Made by a program: the position numbers and the translations under genes
Notes under the pieces: generated by a model
Seen by the model: only the letters and a program-made list of their open reading frames with translations
Database searches by the model: none
What the model was told of the DNA's origin: nothing
Part shown: positions 17,779 through 31,861 of the stretch, in pieces
Position numbering within the stretch: the first letter of the stretch is position 1
Layout of the letters: every line of letters starts with the position of its first letter
Source: Alphaproteobacteria bacterium
GTDB lineage: Bacteria > Pseudomonadota > Alphaproteobacteria > SMXQ01
DNA: 64,000 nt
Assembly (NCBI GenBank): GCA_046297835.1
Contig: JBKBHI010000007.1
Span: 151,101-215,100 of the forward strand
Direction: 5' to 3'

Positions 17779-19839
17779 GTGAATACCGTTGCCGCCTGCC
17801 GCGACACCTATCAGGGCGATGCCGCCCTGAGCGGCCTGCTGGCCAAGGCGGCCGGCTTGCGGCTGGCGGAACCGAGCGCAGCGGCGGCCCGGACGCTGAT
17901 CGCCGGCGCGCTGGCCGCGCCCGAGGATGTGCGGGGCGATGCCTGGCTGGCGCTGATCGCCGAGGACCCTAGCCCGGCCCTGGCGGCGCAATTGCGCGCC
18001 CTGCGGGCCGAGATGGCGGCGGGGCAGGGCGACGGCGTCGAGGACGAGCCCCTGCCGACCCGGGAACGGCTCGCCGCCTTGCGCCGGGAGCTGGCCGCGC
18101 TGGGCGTCGACGGCTTTATCGTGCCGCGCGCCGACGAGCATCAGGGCGAATATGTGCCGCTCAGCGCGCGCCGGCTCGCTTGGCTCACCGGCTTCACCGG
18201 CTCGGCCGGCCTCGCCATCGCGCTGCCCGAGACGGCGGCGATTTTTGTCGATGGCCGCTACACGCTGCAAGCCGCCGCCGAGGTCGATCCGGCCGCCTTC
18301 GAGAGCCATCATGTCACGCGCAATCCGCCGTACGCCTGGCTGGCGGCGAAGCTGAAGCCCGGCCAGACCCTGGGCTTCGATCCCTGGCTGCACACGATCG
18401 AGGATGCGGCGCGCCTGCGCGCCGTTTGCGACAAGGCCGGCGCGCTGCTCAAGGCGCTCTCGGCCAATCCGCTCGATCGCGCCTGGACGCGCCGCCCGCC
18501 GCCGCCGATCGCGCCGGTCGTGCCGTTCGCCGACGCGCTTGCCGGGCGCGGCTCCGCCGACAAGCGCGCCGAGCTGGCCGCGAATCTCGCCGCCGCCGAT
18601 ATCGCCGCCGTCGTTCTGACGCTGCCCGACAGCATCGCCTGGCTGCTCAACATCCGCGGCGGCGACGTCGCCTATGCGCCGCTGCCGCTCGCCTTCGCCA
18701 TCCTTCATGCCGATGGCCGCGTCGATCTGTTCATGGATCTGCGTAAAGCCGCGCCGACGCTGCAAGCCCATCTCGGCGACGAGGTCCGCCTGCGGCCGCG
18801 CGAAGAGTTCGGCGCGGCGCTCGACGCGCTCAAAGATCGGCGCGCGCAAGCCGATCCGGCGAGCGCGCCGGCCTGGGTGTTCGACCGGCTGGAGGCGGCG
18901 GGCGTCAAGATCGTCAAGGCCGCCGACCCCTGCCAGGCGCCCAAGGCGAAGAAGACCGCCGCCGAACTGTCCGGCATCCGCGCGGCGCATCTGCGCGACG
19001 GGGCGGCGCTGACGACGTTTCTCGCCTGGTTCGCTCACAATGCGCCGAAAGGCGGTCTCGGCGAGATCGCCGCCGCCGACAAGCTGGAAGCGATCCGCGC
19101 CGCCGGCGAGCATTTTCGCGGGCTGAGCTTTCCGACCATTGCCGGGGCGGAAGGGAACGGCGCGATCGTGCATTACCGCGCCACGCCGACGACCGACAAA
19201 GGCGTCGCGCCCGGCCAGATGTTCCTGCTCGATTCCGGCGCGCAATATCTCGACGGCACGACCGACGTGACGCGCACGCTGTTCGTCGGCGGAGCGAACC
19301 CGCCGAGCGAGGAACAGCGCAGCGCTTTCACCCGCGTGCTGAAGGGCCATATCGCGCTCGCCACGGCGCGCTTCCCCGCCGGCACCAGCGGCAGCCAACT
19401 CGACGCGCTGGCGCGCCTGCCGCTATGGCAGGCCGGCTTGGATTACGATCACGGCACCGGCCATGGCGTCGGCCATTATCTCAGCGTGCACGAAGGGCCG
19501 CAGCGCATTTCGAAACTGCCCAACCGCGTCGCGCTCGAACCGGGCATGGTGATCTCGAACGAGCCCGGCTATTACAAGGCCGGCGCGTTCGGCATCCGCA
19601 TCGAGAATCTCGTCGCCGTGATCGAGGCGGGAATCGGGCCGGACGGCGTCGCCATGCTGGCGTTCGAGACGCTGACGTTGGCGCCCATCGAGCGCGCGCT
19701 GATCGATCCGGCGTTGTTGAGCGACGCGGAGGCGGCTTGGCTCGACGGCTATCACGCCCGCGTGCGTGACAGCCTGACCCCACTGGTCGACGCAGCCACG
19801 GCGGCCTGGCTGGCGGCGGCGACCGCGCCGATTCGTTAA
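17779..19839 (+). CDS. Xaa-Pro aminopeptidase (aminopeptidase P, M24B) with N-terminal extension
   Basis: DEHQGEY, WLTGFTGSAG, DGRYTLQA, DSGAQYLDGTTDVTRT, HGTGHGVG, VHEGP, SNEPGYY, GIRIEN. GTG 17779 follows AGGAG. Confidence 0.93.
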   Translation: MNTVAACRDTYQGDAALSGLLAKAAGLRLAEPSAAAARTLIAGALAAPEDVRGDAWLALIAEDPSPALAAQLRALRAEMAAGQGDGVEDEPLPTRERLAALRRELAALGVDGFIVPRADEHQGEYVPLSARRLAWLTGFTGSAGLAIALPETAAIFVDGRYTLQAAAEVDPAAFESHHVTRNPPYAWLAAKLKPGQTLGFDPWLHTIEDAARLRAVCDKAGALLKALSANPLDRAWTRRPPPPIAPVVPFADALAGRGSADKRAELAANLAAADIAAVVLTLPDSIAWLLNIRGGDVAYAPLPLAFAILHADGRVDLFMDLRKAAPTLQAHLGDEVRLRPREEFGAALDALKDRRAQADPASAPAWVFDRLEAAGVKIVKAADPCQAPKAKKTAAELSGIRAAHLRDGAALTTFLAWFAHNAPKGGLGEIAAADKLEAIRAAGEHFRGLSFPTIAGAEGNGAIVHYRATPTTDKGVAPGQMFLLDSGAQYLDGTTDVTRTLFVGGANPPSEEQRSAFTRVLKGHIALATARFPAGTSGSQLDALARLPLWQAGLDYDHGTGHGVGHYLSVHEGPQRISKLPNRVALEPGMVISNEPGYYKAGAFGIRIENLVAVIEAGIGPDGVAMLAFETLTLAPIERALIDPALLSDAEAAWLDGYHARVRDSLTPLVDAATAAWLAAATAPIR

Positions 19840-19924
19840 CCTGCTGGTGCGCGCTTGGCCTCGGAATCGCGCGCTTTTCGCTCGCCGTCATGCGCGAGAA
19901 CAGGACCGGACCGCGTCGATTCCC

Positions 19925-19948
19925 ATTTTACGCAATATTTTACGCAAT
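19925..19948. repeat. Perfect 12-bp AT-rich tandem repeat
   Basis: ATTTTACGCAAT twice, followed by ATATGTAAT, between convergent genes. Confidence 0.85.
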
Positions 19949-20090
19949 ATATGTAATGAACCGCCGATGAGCTTGGAAGCGCATCACGCGCAAATGGCGG
20001 CGATCTGCGCTCGCTTCGTCGCTCGGGTCGGACAGGCCGTCGGCGATCTGCGCACGGCGCTGGCCGGCATCGAGTCGAGCGCTGCCGCGC

Positions 20091-23920
<3,830 letters not shown>

Positions 23921-23942
23921 GGCCCGCCGCGTCGGCCGGGCA

Positions 23943-24773
23943 TCAGAACACCGAACTCCAGGCGCGGCTGATCCAAGAGCCCCTGTCCTCGGCCGGGACG
24001 AGCTGCGCGCCGGTCATCAGGGCGTAGGAGTCCTGATACCATTCGCTGCCGGGGAAATTGTGCCCGAGCACGGCGGCGGCGGCCTGGGCTTCCTGCGTCA
24101 AGCCGAGCTCAAGATAGCATTCGGTCAGGCGGTGCAGCGCCTCGGCGGCGTGCGCCGTCGTCTGATAGAGCTCGACGACGCGGCGATAGCGCGCGATGGC
24201 GGCCTGCGGCTGGTTGCGCTTCTGGTAGTAGCGGCCGACCTCCATCTCCTTGCCGGCGAGGTTGTCGTAGGCAAGGTCGATCTTGAGCCGGGCGTCGCGC
24301 GCGTATTTGCTGTCCGGGAAACGGCGCGTCACGTCCTGCAGCGCGGCGAGCGCGCGGTTGGTCAGCGACTGGTCGCGGGTGATGTCGGGGATGCGCTCGT
24401 AGAAGCTCAGCGCCTTGAGATAGTAGGCGTAGGCGATGTCCTTGCTACCCGGGTGCAGGGTGATGAACCGGTCGAGCGCGGCGATGGCCTCGTCGTAGCG
24501 GTTCATCTCGTAATAAGCATAGGCGTTGAGCAGCTGCGATTTGGTCGCCCAGACCGAATAGGGGTGCTGGCGGTCGACCTCGTCGAACAGCTTGACGGCG
24601 TCGGCCGGCGCGCCCTGGTCCATCAGGCTCATGGCCTCGTTGAACATGTCCTCGGCCGGACGGTCGGCCATCACTGGCGGCTCGGAGGAGCCGCAGGCGG
24701 TGAGGCCGAAAGCCATCATGAGGGCGGCGAGGGGGGCGGTCAGGGAAACGAAGGGACGGCGGGACACGGGCAT
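23943..24773 (-). CDS. bamD: Outer membrane protein assembly factor BamD (lipoprotein)
   Basis: Lipobox LTAC, TPR pattern (HPYS.WA, YAYYLKAL, FP.S.YA.DA, E..VGRYY); canonical position before recN. Confidence 0.94.
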   Translation of the reverse strand: MPVSRRPFVSLTAPLAALMMAFGLTACGSSEPPVMADRPAEDMFNEAMSLMDQGAPADAVKLFDEVDRQHPYSVWATKSQLLNAYAYYEMNRYDEAIAALDRFITLHPGSKDIAYAYYLKALSFYERIPDITRDQSLTNRALAALQDVTRRFPDSKYARDARLKIDLAYDNLAGKEMEVGRYYQKRNQPQAAIARYRRVVELYQTTAHAAEALHRLTECYLELGLTQEAQAAAAVLGHNFPGSEWYQDSYALMTGAQLVPAEDRGSWISRAWSSVF

Positions 24774-24825
24774 GGCGAAACGGGACCGGACAAAAGGGTT
24801 CCGGCCGTGCGGCCGGGCGGGACGG

Positions 24826-24834
24826 ACTATATCA
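24826..24834 (-). promoter_or_regulatory. Putative extended -10 element for bamD-recN-ligA
   Basis: TG-a-TATAGT about 50 nt upstream of the bamD ATG; TTGTCG further upstream (19-nt spacer). Confidence 0.4.
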
Positions 24835-24915
24835 CATCCGCCCCGCCGGGCGACAAGCGGCGGCCGCGCGCCGCCGCTTTTCAACCCCTTGGCCGGACAG
24901 GAGAAAACCCCAGCC

Positions 24916-25305
24916 TTACCGCTTGCGCGCCGGTTTTTTGCGGGGCTTGGCTTTGGTCGGGGCCTTGGCGGCCGCCAGGCGGATGTTGCCGCGCTGCACA
25001 TCGAGCCGCAGATGCGGGCCGTCGCCGTGCTTGAGGATGAAGTCGGCGACCGTCTGGCCGTCCTCATAGAGGGCGTAGCGCTTGCTCGCTTCGATACCGC
25101 CCTTGCCGCCCTTCTGATCGAGGGGATCGATGATGGTGCGCACGCGGATGGCGTCGGCGGCGCGCAGCAGGGCGGCGGTGGCGCGCCGCTTGGCGGCGAC
25201 TCCCTGATAGGTTTTGGGGCCGAGGGCGGCCCACAAGTCCTCATACAGCGCGTCGAGCGCTTTGATGTTCATTTTGTCCAACTTGGCCAATAGCGAAGCG
25301 GCCAT
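24916..25305 (-). CDS. Hypothetical 129-aa basic protein with Lys/Arg-rich tail
   Basis: GGGGAGGA SD before ATG 25305; C-terminus AAAKAPTKAKPRKKPARKR. No family recognised. Confidence 0.7.
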   Translation of the reverse strand: MAASLLAKLDKMNIKALDALYEDLWAALGPKTYQGVAAKRRATAALLRAADAIRVRTIIDPLDQKGGKGGIEASKRYALYEDGQTVADFILKHGDGPHLRLDVQRGNIRLAAAKAPTKAKPRKKPARKR

Positions 25306-25457
25306 TTCGATCCTCCCCTGAACTCTTCTATCTGTCACAAGTGTCGCTTTGCGCGACTTTCGATTGCCCGCGGCCGGCGCGGGCCATAGGCTTCCAGGCA
25401 TAACGGCACAAGCCGAACGAAAACAAGAAAAACAACATATCCTGGGAGGGAGCATTC

Positions 25458-26741
25458 ATGAACGGCCAGACCAAACGGGCCCTCGCGCCCGCATTCTGCA
25501 TGGCGTTTTGCGCCGTCGCGGCGGGCTCCGCCGCGGCGATGGAAGGCCCGGAGGCTTTCCGCGGCAAGACCGTCACCGTCGCCATCGGCTCGGGCACCGG
25601 CGGCTCGCACGACCAATGGGGCCGCCTGATCAACCGCCATATGGGCAAGCACCTGCCGGGCAACCCCACCTTGGTGCCGAAAAACTTTCCCGGCGCCGGC
25701 GGCATGGCCCTGGCCAACACGCTGTGGGCGCAAAGCCCGAAGGACGGCACGATCTTCGGCATCGTCAACCGGACGATCTATCTCGAGCCGTTGTTCGCCG
25801 GGACCAATTCCAAGGCCCAGTTCGATCCGCGCAAATTCTCCTGGATCGGTAGCGCCGACACGATCGTGAGCGTCGCCATCGCCTGGCACACCTCGCCGGT
25901 GAAGACCTGGAAGGACCTCTACGATCACGATCTGATCGTCGGCGCGGTCGGCGCCGCCAGCGGCACGACCAAGGAAGCCTACGTGATGAAGAACCTGCTC
26001 GGCTTCCGCTACCGGGTCATCATGGGCTATCCCGGCGGCAACGACGTCGATCTCGCCATGGAGCGCGGCGAGATCGAGGGGCGCGCCAATCTCGCCTATT
26101 CGGGCTTGAAAAGCCGCAACGCCAAAGAGGTGGCCGAGGGCAAGATCCGCGTCCTCTACCAGATGGGCGTCGAGAAGCACCCGGAGATGCCGAACGTGCC
26201 GTCGGTGCTGGATATCGCGCGCAACGACGAGGAGCGGCGGCTGCTCGAGCTGAACTTCATGCACAGCGACATCGGCTACAGTTTCGCCGCGCCGCCCGAC
26301 GTGCCCGCTGCGCGCCTCGCCACGTTGCGCCAAGCGTTCAAGGCGACGCTCGAAGATCCCCAATTGAAGGACGAGGCGGCCAAGCAGCAGCTCGACATCA
26401 CCCATGTGCCGGGCGAACGGCTGGAGGCGCTGATGCAGAAAGCCTATTCCGCGCCGCCGCAGATGATCGCGCGCCTGCTGGAGCTGTCGCAGCCGACGTT
26501 GCGCGAGGACATGGCCGCGGCCAACGTGGTCAAGACCAAGCTCACCGGCGTCATGCGCCAGGGCCGCGCCGTCTCTTTCATGGACAAGGGCGGGGCGACC
26601 GAAGCGGCGATCAGCGGCGGCACCACGCAGATCACGCAGGCGGGCCAGAAGGCCGAAGCCTCGGCCCTCAAGGAAGGCATGACCTGCGAGATCACCTATT
26701 ACGGCAACAAGGGCACGGCGGCGAAGATCGCCTGCGATTGA
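25458..26741 (+). CDS. Bug/TctC family substrate-binding protein (3 of 6) with extra C-terminal domain of about 80 aa
   Basis: GSGTGGSHD, NFPGAGG, GYPGG..V.LAMERGEIEGR, followed by a beta-rich extension ending CEITYYGNKGTAAKIACD. Confidence 0.88.
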   Translation: MNGQTKRALAPAFCMAFCAVAAGSAAAMEGPEAFRGKTVTVAIGSGTGGSHDQWGRLINRHMGKHLPGNPTLVPKNFPGAGGMALANTLWAQSPKDGTIFGIVNRTIYLEPLFAGTNSKAQFDPRKFSWIGSADTIVSVAIAWHTSPVKTWKDLYDHDLIVGAVGAASGTTKEAYVMKNLLGFRYRVIMGYPGGNDVDLAMERGEIEGRANLAYSGLKSRNAKEVAEGKIRVLYQMGVEKHPEMPNVPSVLDIARNDEERRLLELNFMHSDIGYSFAAPPDVPAARLATLRQAFKATLEDPQLKDEAAKQQLDITHVPGERLEALMQKAYSAPPQMIARLLELSQPTLREDMAAANVVKTKLTGVMRQGRAVSFMDKGGATEAAISGGTTQITQAGQKAEASALKEGMTCEITYYGNKGTAAKIACD

Positions 26742-26758
26742 GGGAGAGAGTTCGCGAC

Positions 26759-27253
26759 ATGACCGTCCAGTTCGCCGACGTCGTCGGCCAGAAGAAGCTC
26801 AAGCTCGGCCACAGCAAGCGCACGCTCATCCGCACCCCGGATTTCCATGTCTGGGTCCATGCGGACGAGCCGGGCACCAAAGGGCCGATGCATACGCACA
26901 CGGCCGACGAAACCTTCTATTGCCTGCAGGGCGAATGCACCTTCACGCTCAAAGAGGCGTCGGGCAAGCGCTACAAGCGCAAGCTCACGCCGGGCATGAT
27001 CGTGATGATCCCCAAGGGCGATTTCTACCAGCTGCACAATACGGGCGACGAATATCTCGTGCTGCTCGGCACGCGCGGCGAAACCGATAAGAAGCCGCGC
27101 TTCGGCAAGGCAGGCGAGAAAGTCGGCCATAACAACTGGGCGATCGAGAACAAGCACGTGATCGAGGCGCGCAAGACGCAGATCGCGCGCAAGGCCAAAG
27201 CGCCGGCGAAGAAGAAGGCGGCGGTGAAGGTCAAAGCACGAAAACGGGCTTGA
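26759..27253 (+). CDS. Cupin domain protein with Lys/Ala-rich tail
   Basis: HTHTADETFYCLQGEC and PKGDFYQLHN cupin motifs; tail KAKAPAKKKAAVKVKARKRA. Confidence 0.85.
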   Translation: MTVQFADVVGQKKLKLGHSKRTLIRTPDFHVWVHADEPGTKGPMHTHTADETFYCLQGECTFTLKEASGKRYKRKLTPGMIVMIPKGDFYQLHNTGDEYLVLLGTRGETDKKPRFGKAGEKVGHNNWAIENKHVIEARKTQIARKAKAPAKKKAAVKVKARKRA

Positions 27254-27274
27254 TCTATGATTCCGCTAAAAATC

Positions 27275-27360
27275 GTCATGCTCGGGCTTGACCCGAGCAT
27301 CCATGCCTCAAATTCTTGAGAGCCGGACGAATGGACCCTCGGATCAAGTCCGAGGGTGAC
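27275..27360. repeat. Alphaproteobacterial REP-like paired palindromic element
   Basis: GTCATGCTCGGGCTTGACCCGAGCATCCA...ATGGACCCTCGGATCAAGTCCGAGGGTGAC: two inverted hairpin units inside an outer GTCA/TGAC stem. Confidence 0.82.
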
Positions 27361-27408
27361 GATCTATTTTTTTGTGAGGCGCTTCTGCTTTAAGCAGGCC
27401 GCACGAGC

Positions 27409-27444
27409 AAAAAAGGCCAGCGGAGAAATCCGCCGGCCTTTTTT
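27409..27444. terminator. Bidirectional terminator between the cupin gene and lpxC
   Basis: AAAAAAGGCC-AGCGGA-GAAA-TCCGCC-GGCCTTTTTT. Confidence 0.85.
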
Positions 27445-27463
27445 GATTTATCGCGCCGTCTTT

Positions 27464-28423
27464 TTAACGGATCGGCGTCGCCACGAACTTGTTGGCGGCC
27501 GCGCCGGCGATCAGGGGCGCGGCGTCGAAGGCGGGTTCGGCGGTCAGCAGGTCGCTGTCGAGATCGACGATCTCGTGCGCGCTCTGGTCGGCGAACAAGG
27601 CCTGGAGCAGCTGATGGTTCATGCGGTGGCCCGAACGCGAGCCGTGGAAATGGCCGATCAGCGGCATGCCGGCGAGATAGAGGTCGCCGACCGAATCGAG
27701 CACTTTGTGGCGCACGAATTCGTCGGCGTAGCGCAGGCCGCTCTCGTTGAGCACTTTGTCGCCGCTCACGACCACGGCGTTCTCGAGCGAGCCGCCTTTC
27801 AGCAAGCCTTGGGCTTGCAGGGCGCTGACTTCGTGCGCAAAGCCGAAGGTGCGCGCGCGGGCGATCTCGCTCTTGAACGAGCCGTCGACCAGATCGAAGG
27901 CGAAGGTCTGCTGGCGCACGGCGGCGCTGGCGAAGTCGATGTCGAAGCCGATCGAGAAGCCGGCGCCCGGCTCGATGGCGGCGCGCTTGTCGCCGACGGT
28001 GACGGCGACGGGCTTCTTGACGACGACGGCGCGGCGCGCGGCCGACTGCTCGACGACGCCGGCGCATTCGATGAGGAAGACGAAGGGCGCGGCGCTGCCG
28101 TCCATGATCGGCACTTCCGGACCGTTCAACTCGACGACGGCGTTGTCGATGCCGGCGGCGGACAGCGCGGCCATCAGATGCTCGATGGTGCAGATCGTCG
28201 CGCCGTTCTTGGTCAGCGCGGTGCAGAGCTGCGAATCGGTGACGTTGCGCCAGTCGGCGGGGATCGCCGCCTGCGCGCCGGAAATGTCGGTGCGCTTGAA
28301 GACGATGCCGCTGTTCTCGTCGGCGGGCAGCAGCGTCATGGAGACCTTAGCCCCGGTGTGCAGGCCGATGCCGCCGCAACCGATGGCGTTCTTCAAGGTC
28401 TTCTGGCGGACGATCTGTCCCAT
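27464..28423 (-). CDS. lpxC: UDP-3-O-acyl-N-acetylglucosamine deacetylase
   Basis: QKTL...G.GLHTG, TIEHLMAAL, E.PIMDGSA, ARARTFGF, RHKVLD.VGDL. Confidence 0.97.
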   Translation of the reverse strand: MGQIVRQKTLKNAIGCGGIGLHTGAKVSMTLLPADENSGIVFKRTDISGAQAAIPADWRNVTDSQLCTALTKNGATICTIEHLMAALSAAGIDNAVVELNGPEVPIMDGSAAPFVFLIECAGVVEQSAARRAVVVKKPVAVTVGDKRAAIEPGAGFSIGFDIDFASAAVRQQTFAFDLVDGSFKSEIARARTFGFAHEVSALQAQGLLKGGSLENAVVVSGDKVLNESGLRYADEFVRHKVLDSVGDLYLAGMPLIGHFHGSRSGHRMNHQLLQALFADQSAHEIVDLDSDLLTAEPAFDAAPLIAGAAANKFVATPIR

Positions 28424-28554
28424 CTTGTCTTCCTAAAGGCGCGAAACGCGGACTGAAAAGAGGCGAACCAATGACGACTCGCGCACGCGCGAAGCCGAAA
28501 AAATTTCGCTCCGAGGACCATAAAGACCGGCCCCCGGAGCGTAAAATCACTGTT

Positions 28555-28570
28555 TGTTACAGAATGTTAC
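28555..28570. promoter_or_regulatory. Direct repeat upstream of lpxC, candidate response-regulator site
   Basis: TGTTAC-N4-TGTTAC (GTAAC-N5-GTAAC on the minus strand), 10-bp period, in an AT-rich patch. Confidence 0.35.
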
Positions 28571-28627
28571 GGGCGGTTCCCAGGAATCCCGCGGCTGTGC
28601 CGAGGGGCCGTGAACCGCCCATTGGCG

Positions 28628-30373
<1,746 letters not shown>

Positions 30374-30578
30374 TTTCTAGCCTCCGATGAACACAAAGGA
30401 TGATGCGGGTGAGGTGAGGTGGGCGTTGCGCCGGCCGCCAAACCGGCTGGTGGATGACAGGGCGCCGAGCGGGCCTGGGGTGCACGCCCCGAGACGAATC
30501 TCGGAAAACGTGCAGCCCGGGCCCGCCGGAAGCGCCGACCGGGACTGTGCGCCGTCCCGGCCGTATGGGGTGTGAGCC

Positions 30579-31847
30579 TTAGAAGTTTTCACGCAGCCAG
30601 ACTCCAAAACGGCCGAACATTCCGGCCGGCTCCTCGCCGTCGCGCGCGCGCGGCGCCAGCGCCCCCATGGGGGCGTCGACGTGCTTGCTGACGGCGTAGG
30701 TCAGAAGGCCGGCGCAGGTGGCGAAGGCGGGACCGCCTGTCGCCTCGGCCAAGCCGCTGATCCGCAGCGGCCGGCCGCGCCGAACCTGTTTGTCGAGAAC
30801 GCCGGCGGCCAATTCCTGCACGCCTTGCAGCTGGCTCGCGCCGCCGGTGAGGACGACGCGGCGGCCGGCGATCTTGTCGATGCCGCTGGCCTCCAAGCGC
30901 GAGCGGATGTGCTCGAAGGTCTCTTCAAGGCGCGGCTGGATGATCGAGACGAGGATGGAGCGCGGCACATGGTTGGCCTGAGCGCGGTCTTCCTCGCCGA
31001 CCAGCGGCACGTCGATGATCTCGCGCTCGTCGGACGGCGACGGGATGGCGCTGCCGTAAAGCGTCTTCATGCGCTCGGCATGGGCGAGCGGCGTGGACAA
31101 GCCGCGCGCGATGTCGCTGGTGACGTGCGCGCCGCCGATCGGCACGCTGTCGGCATGGACCAGCTTGCCGTCGTAGAAGACGGCGATGGAGGTGGTGCCG
31201 CCGCCCATGTCGATGACGGTCGCGCCGAGGTTCATCTCGTCCTCGACCAGCGCCGAGAGCGCGGCGGCGTAGGGCGACATGACCAGGGCCGAGACGTCGA
31301 GATGGCAGCGCTGGATGCAGGTGGTTAGCGTGCGGACCGCGCCGGAGGCGGCGGTGACGACGTGCATATTGACGCCGAGGCGTTCGCCGTACATGCCGCG
31401 CGGATCGCGGATGTTGCGGCTGCCGTCGATGGTGTAGCCGACCGGCAGGCAGTGGATCAGCTCGCGCTCGCCGGTCTCGCTCTGGGCGCGGCCGTGGCTC
31501 AGCACCTTGCGGACGTCCGAATCGCCGACCTCGTGGCCGGCGATGGAGACTTCGTAATTCAGCGTCTTGGATTCCGGCTGGCCGGCCGAGAGGTTGACGA
31601 TGACCTCGCGGATGGTCTCGCCGGACATCTGCTCGGCGGCCTGCACGGCCGAGAGGATCGACATTTCGGCGGCTTCGACGTCGACGATGGAGCCGGCGCG
31701 CACGCCGTCGGAACTGTGGTGCCCGATGCCGGCGACCCGCAGGTGGCCTTCGTCGTCGGCGCGCGCGATGAAGCAGCACATCTTGGTCGTGCCGATATCG
31801 AGCGCGGCGATCACGCCGTTACGCGCCTTGGCCAGAGTTTTGCGCAT
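30579..31847 (-). CDS. ftsA: Cell division protein FtsA
   Basis: ALDIGTTK, IDMGGGTT, GGAHVTSDIA, VLTGGASQL, terminal amphipathic WLRENF. Confidence 0.98.
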   Translation of the reverse strand: MRKTLAKARNGVIAALDIGTTKMCCFIARADDEGHLRVAGIGHHSSDGVRAGSIVDVEAAEMSILSAVQAAEQMSGETIREVIVNLSAGQPESKTLNYEVSIAGHEVGDSDVRKVLSHGRAQSETGERELIHCLPVGYTIDGSRNIRDPRGMYGERLGVNMHVVTAASGAVRTLTTCIQRCHLDVSALVMSPYAAALSALVEDEMNLGATVIDMGGGTTSIAVFYDGKLVHADSVPIGGAHVTSDIARGLSTPLAHAERMKTLYGSAIPSPSDEREIIDVPLVGEEDRAQANHVPRSILVSIIQPRLEETFEHIRSRLEASGIDKIAGRRVVLTGGASQLQGVQELAAGVLDKQVRRGRPLRISGLAEATGGPAFATCAGLLTYAVSKHVDAPMGALAPRARDGEEPAGMFGRFGVWLRENF

Positions 31848-31861
31848 GGTGCCGATTCCCC

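Noticed and set aside
19898-19972. LexA boxes (GAAC-N7-GAAC) near ligA, recN or uvrD
   Set aside because: Only one-mismatch versions found, located downstream of ligA rather than in a repair-gene promoter. The GTTC pair before recN has N3 spacing.
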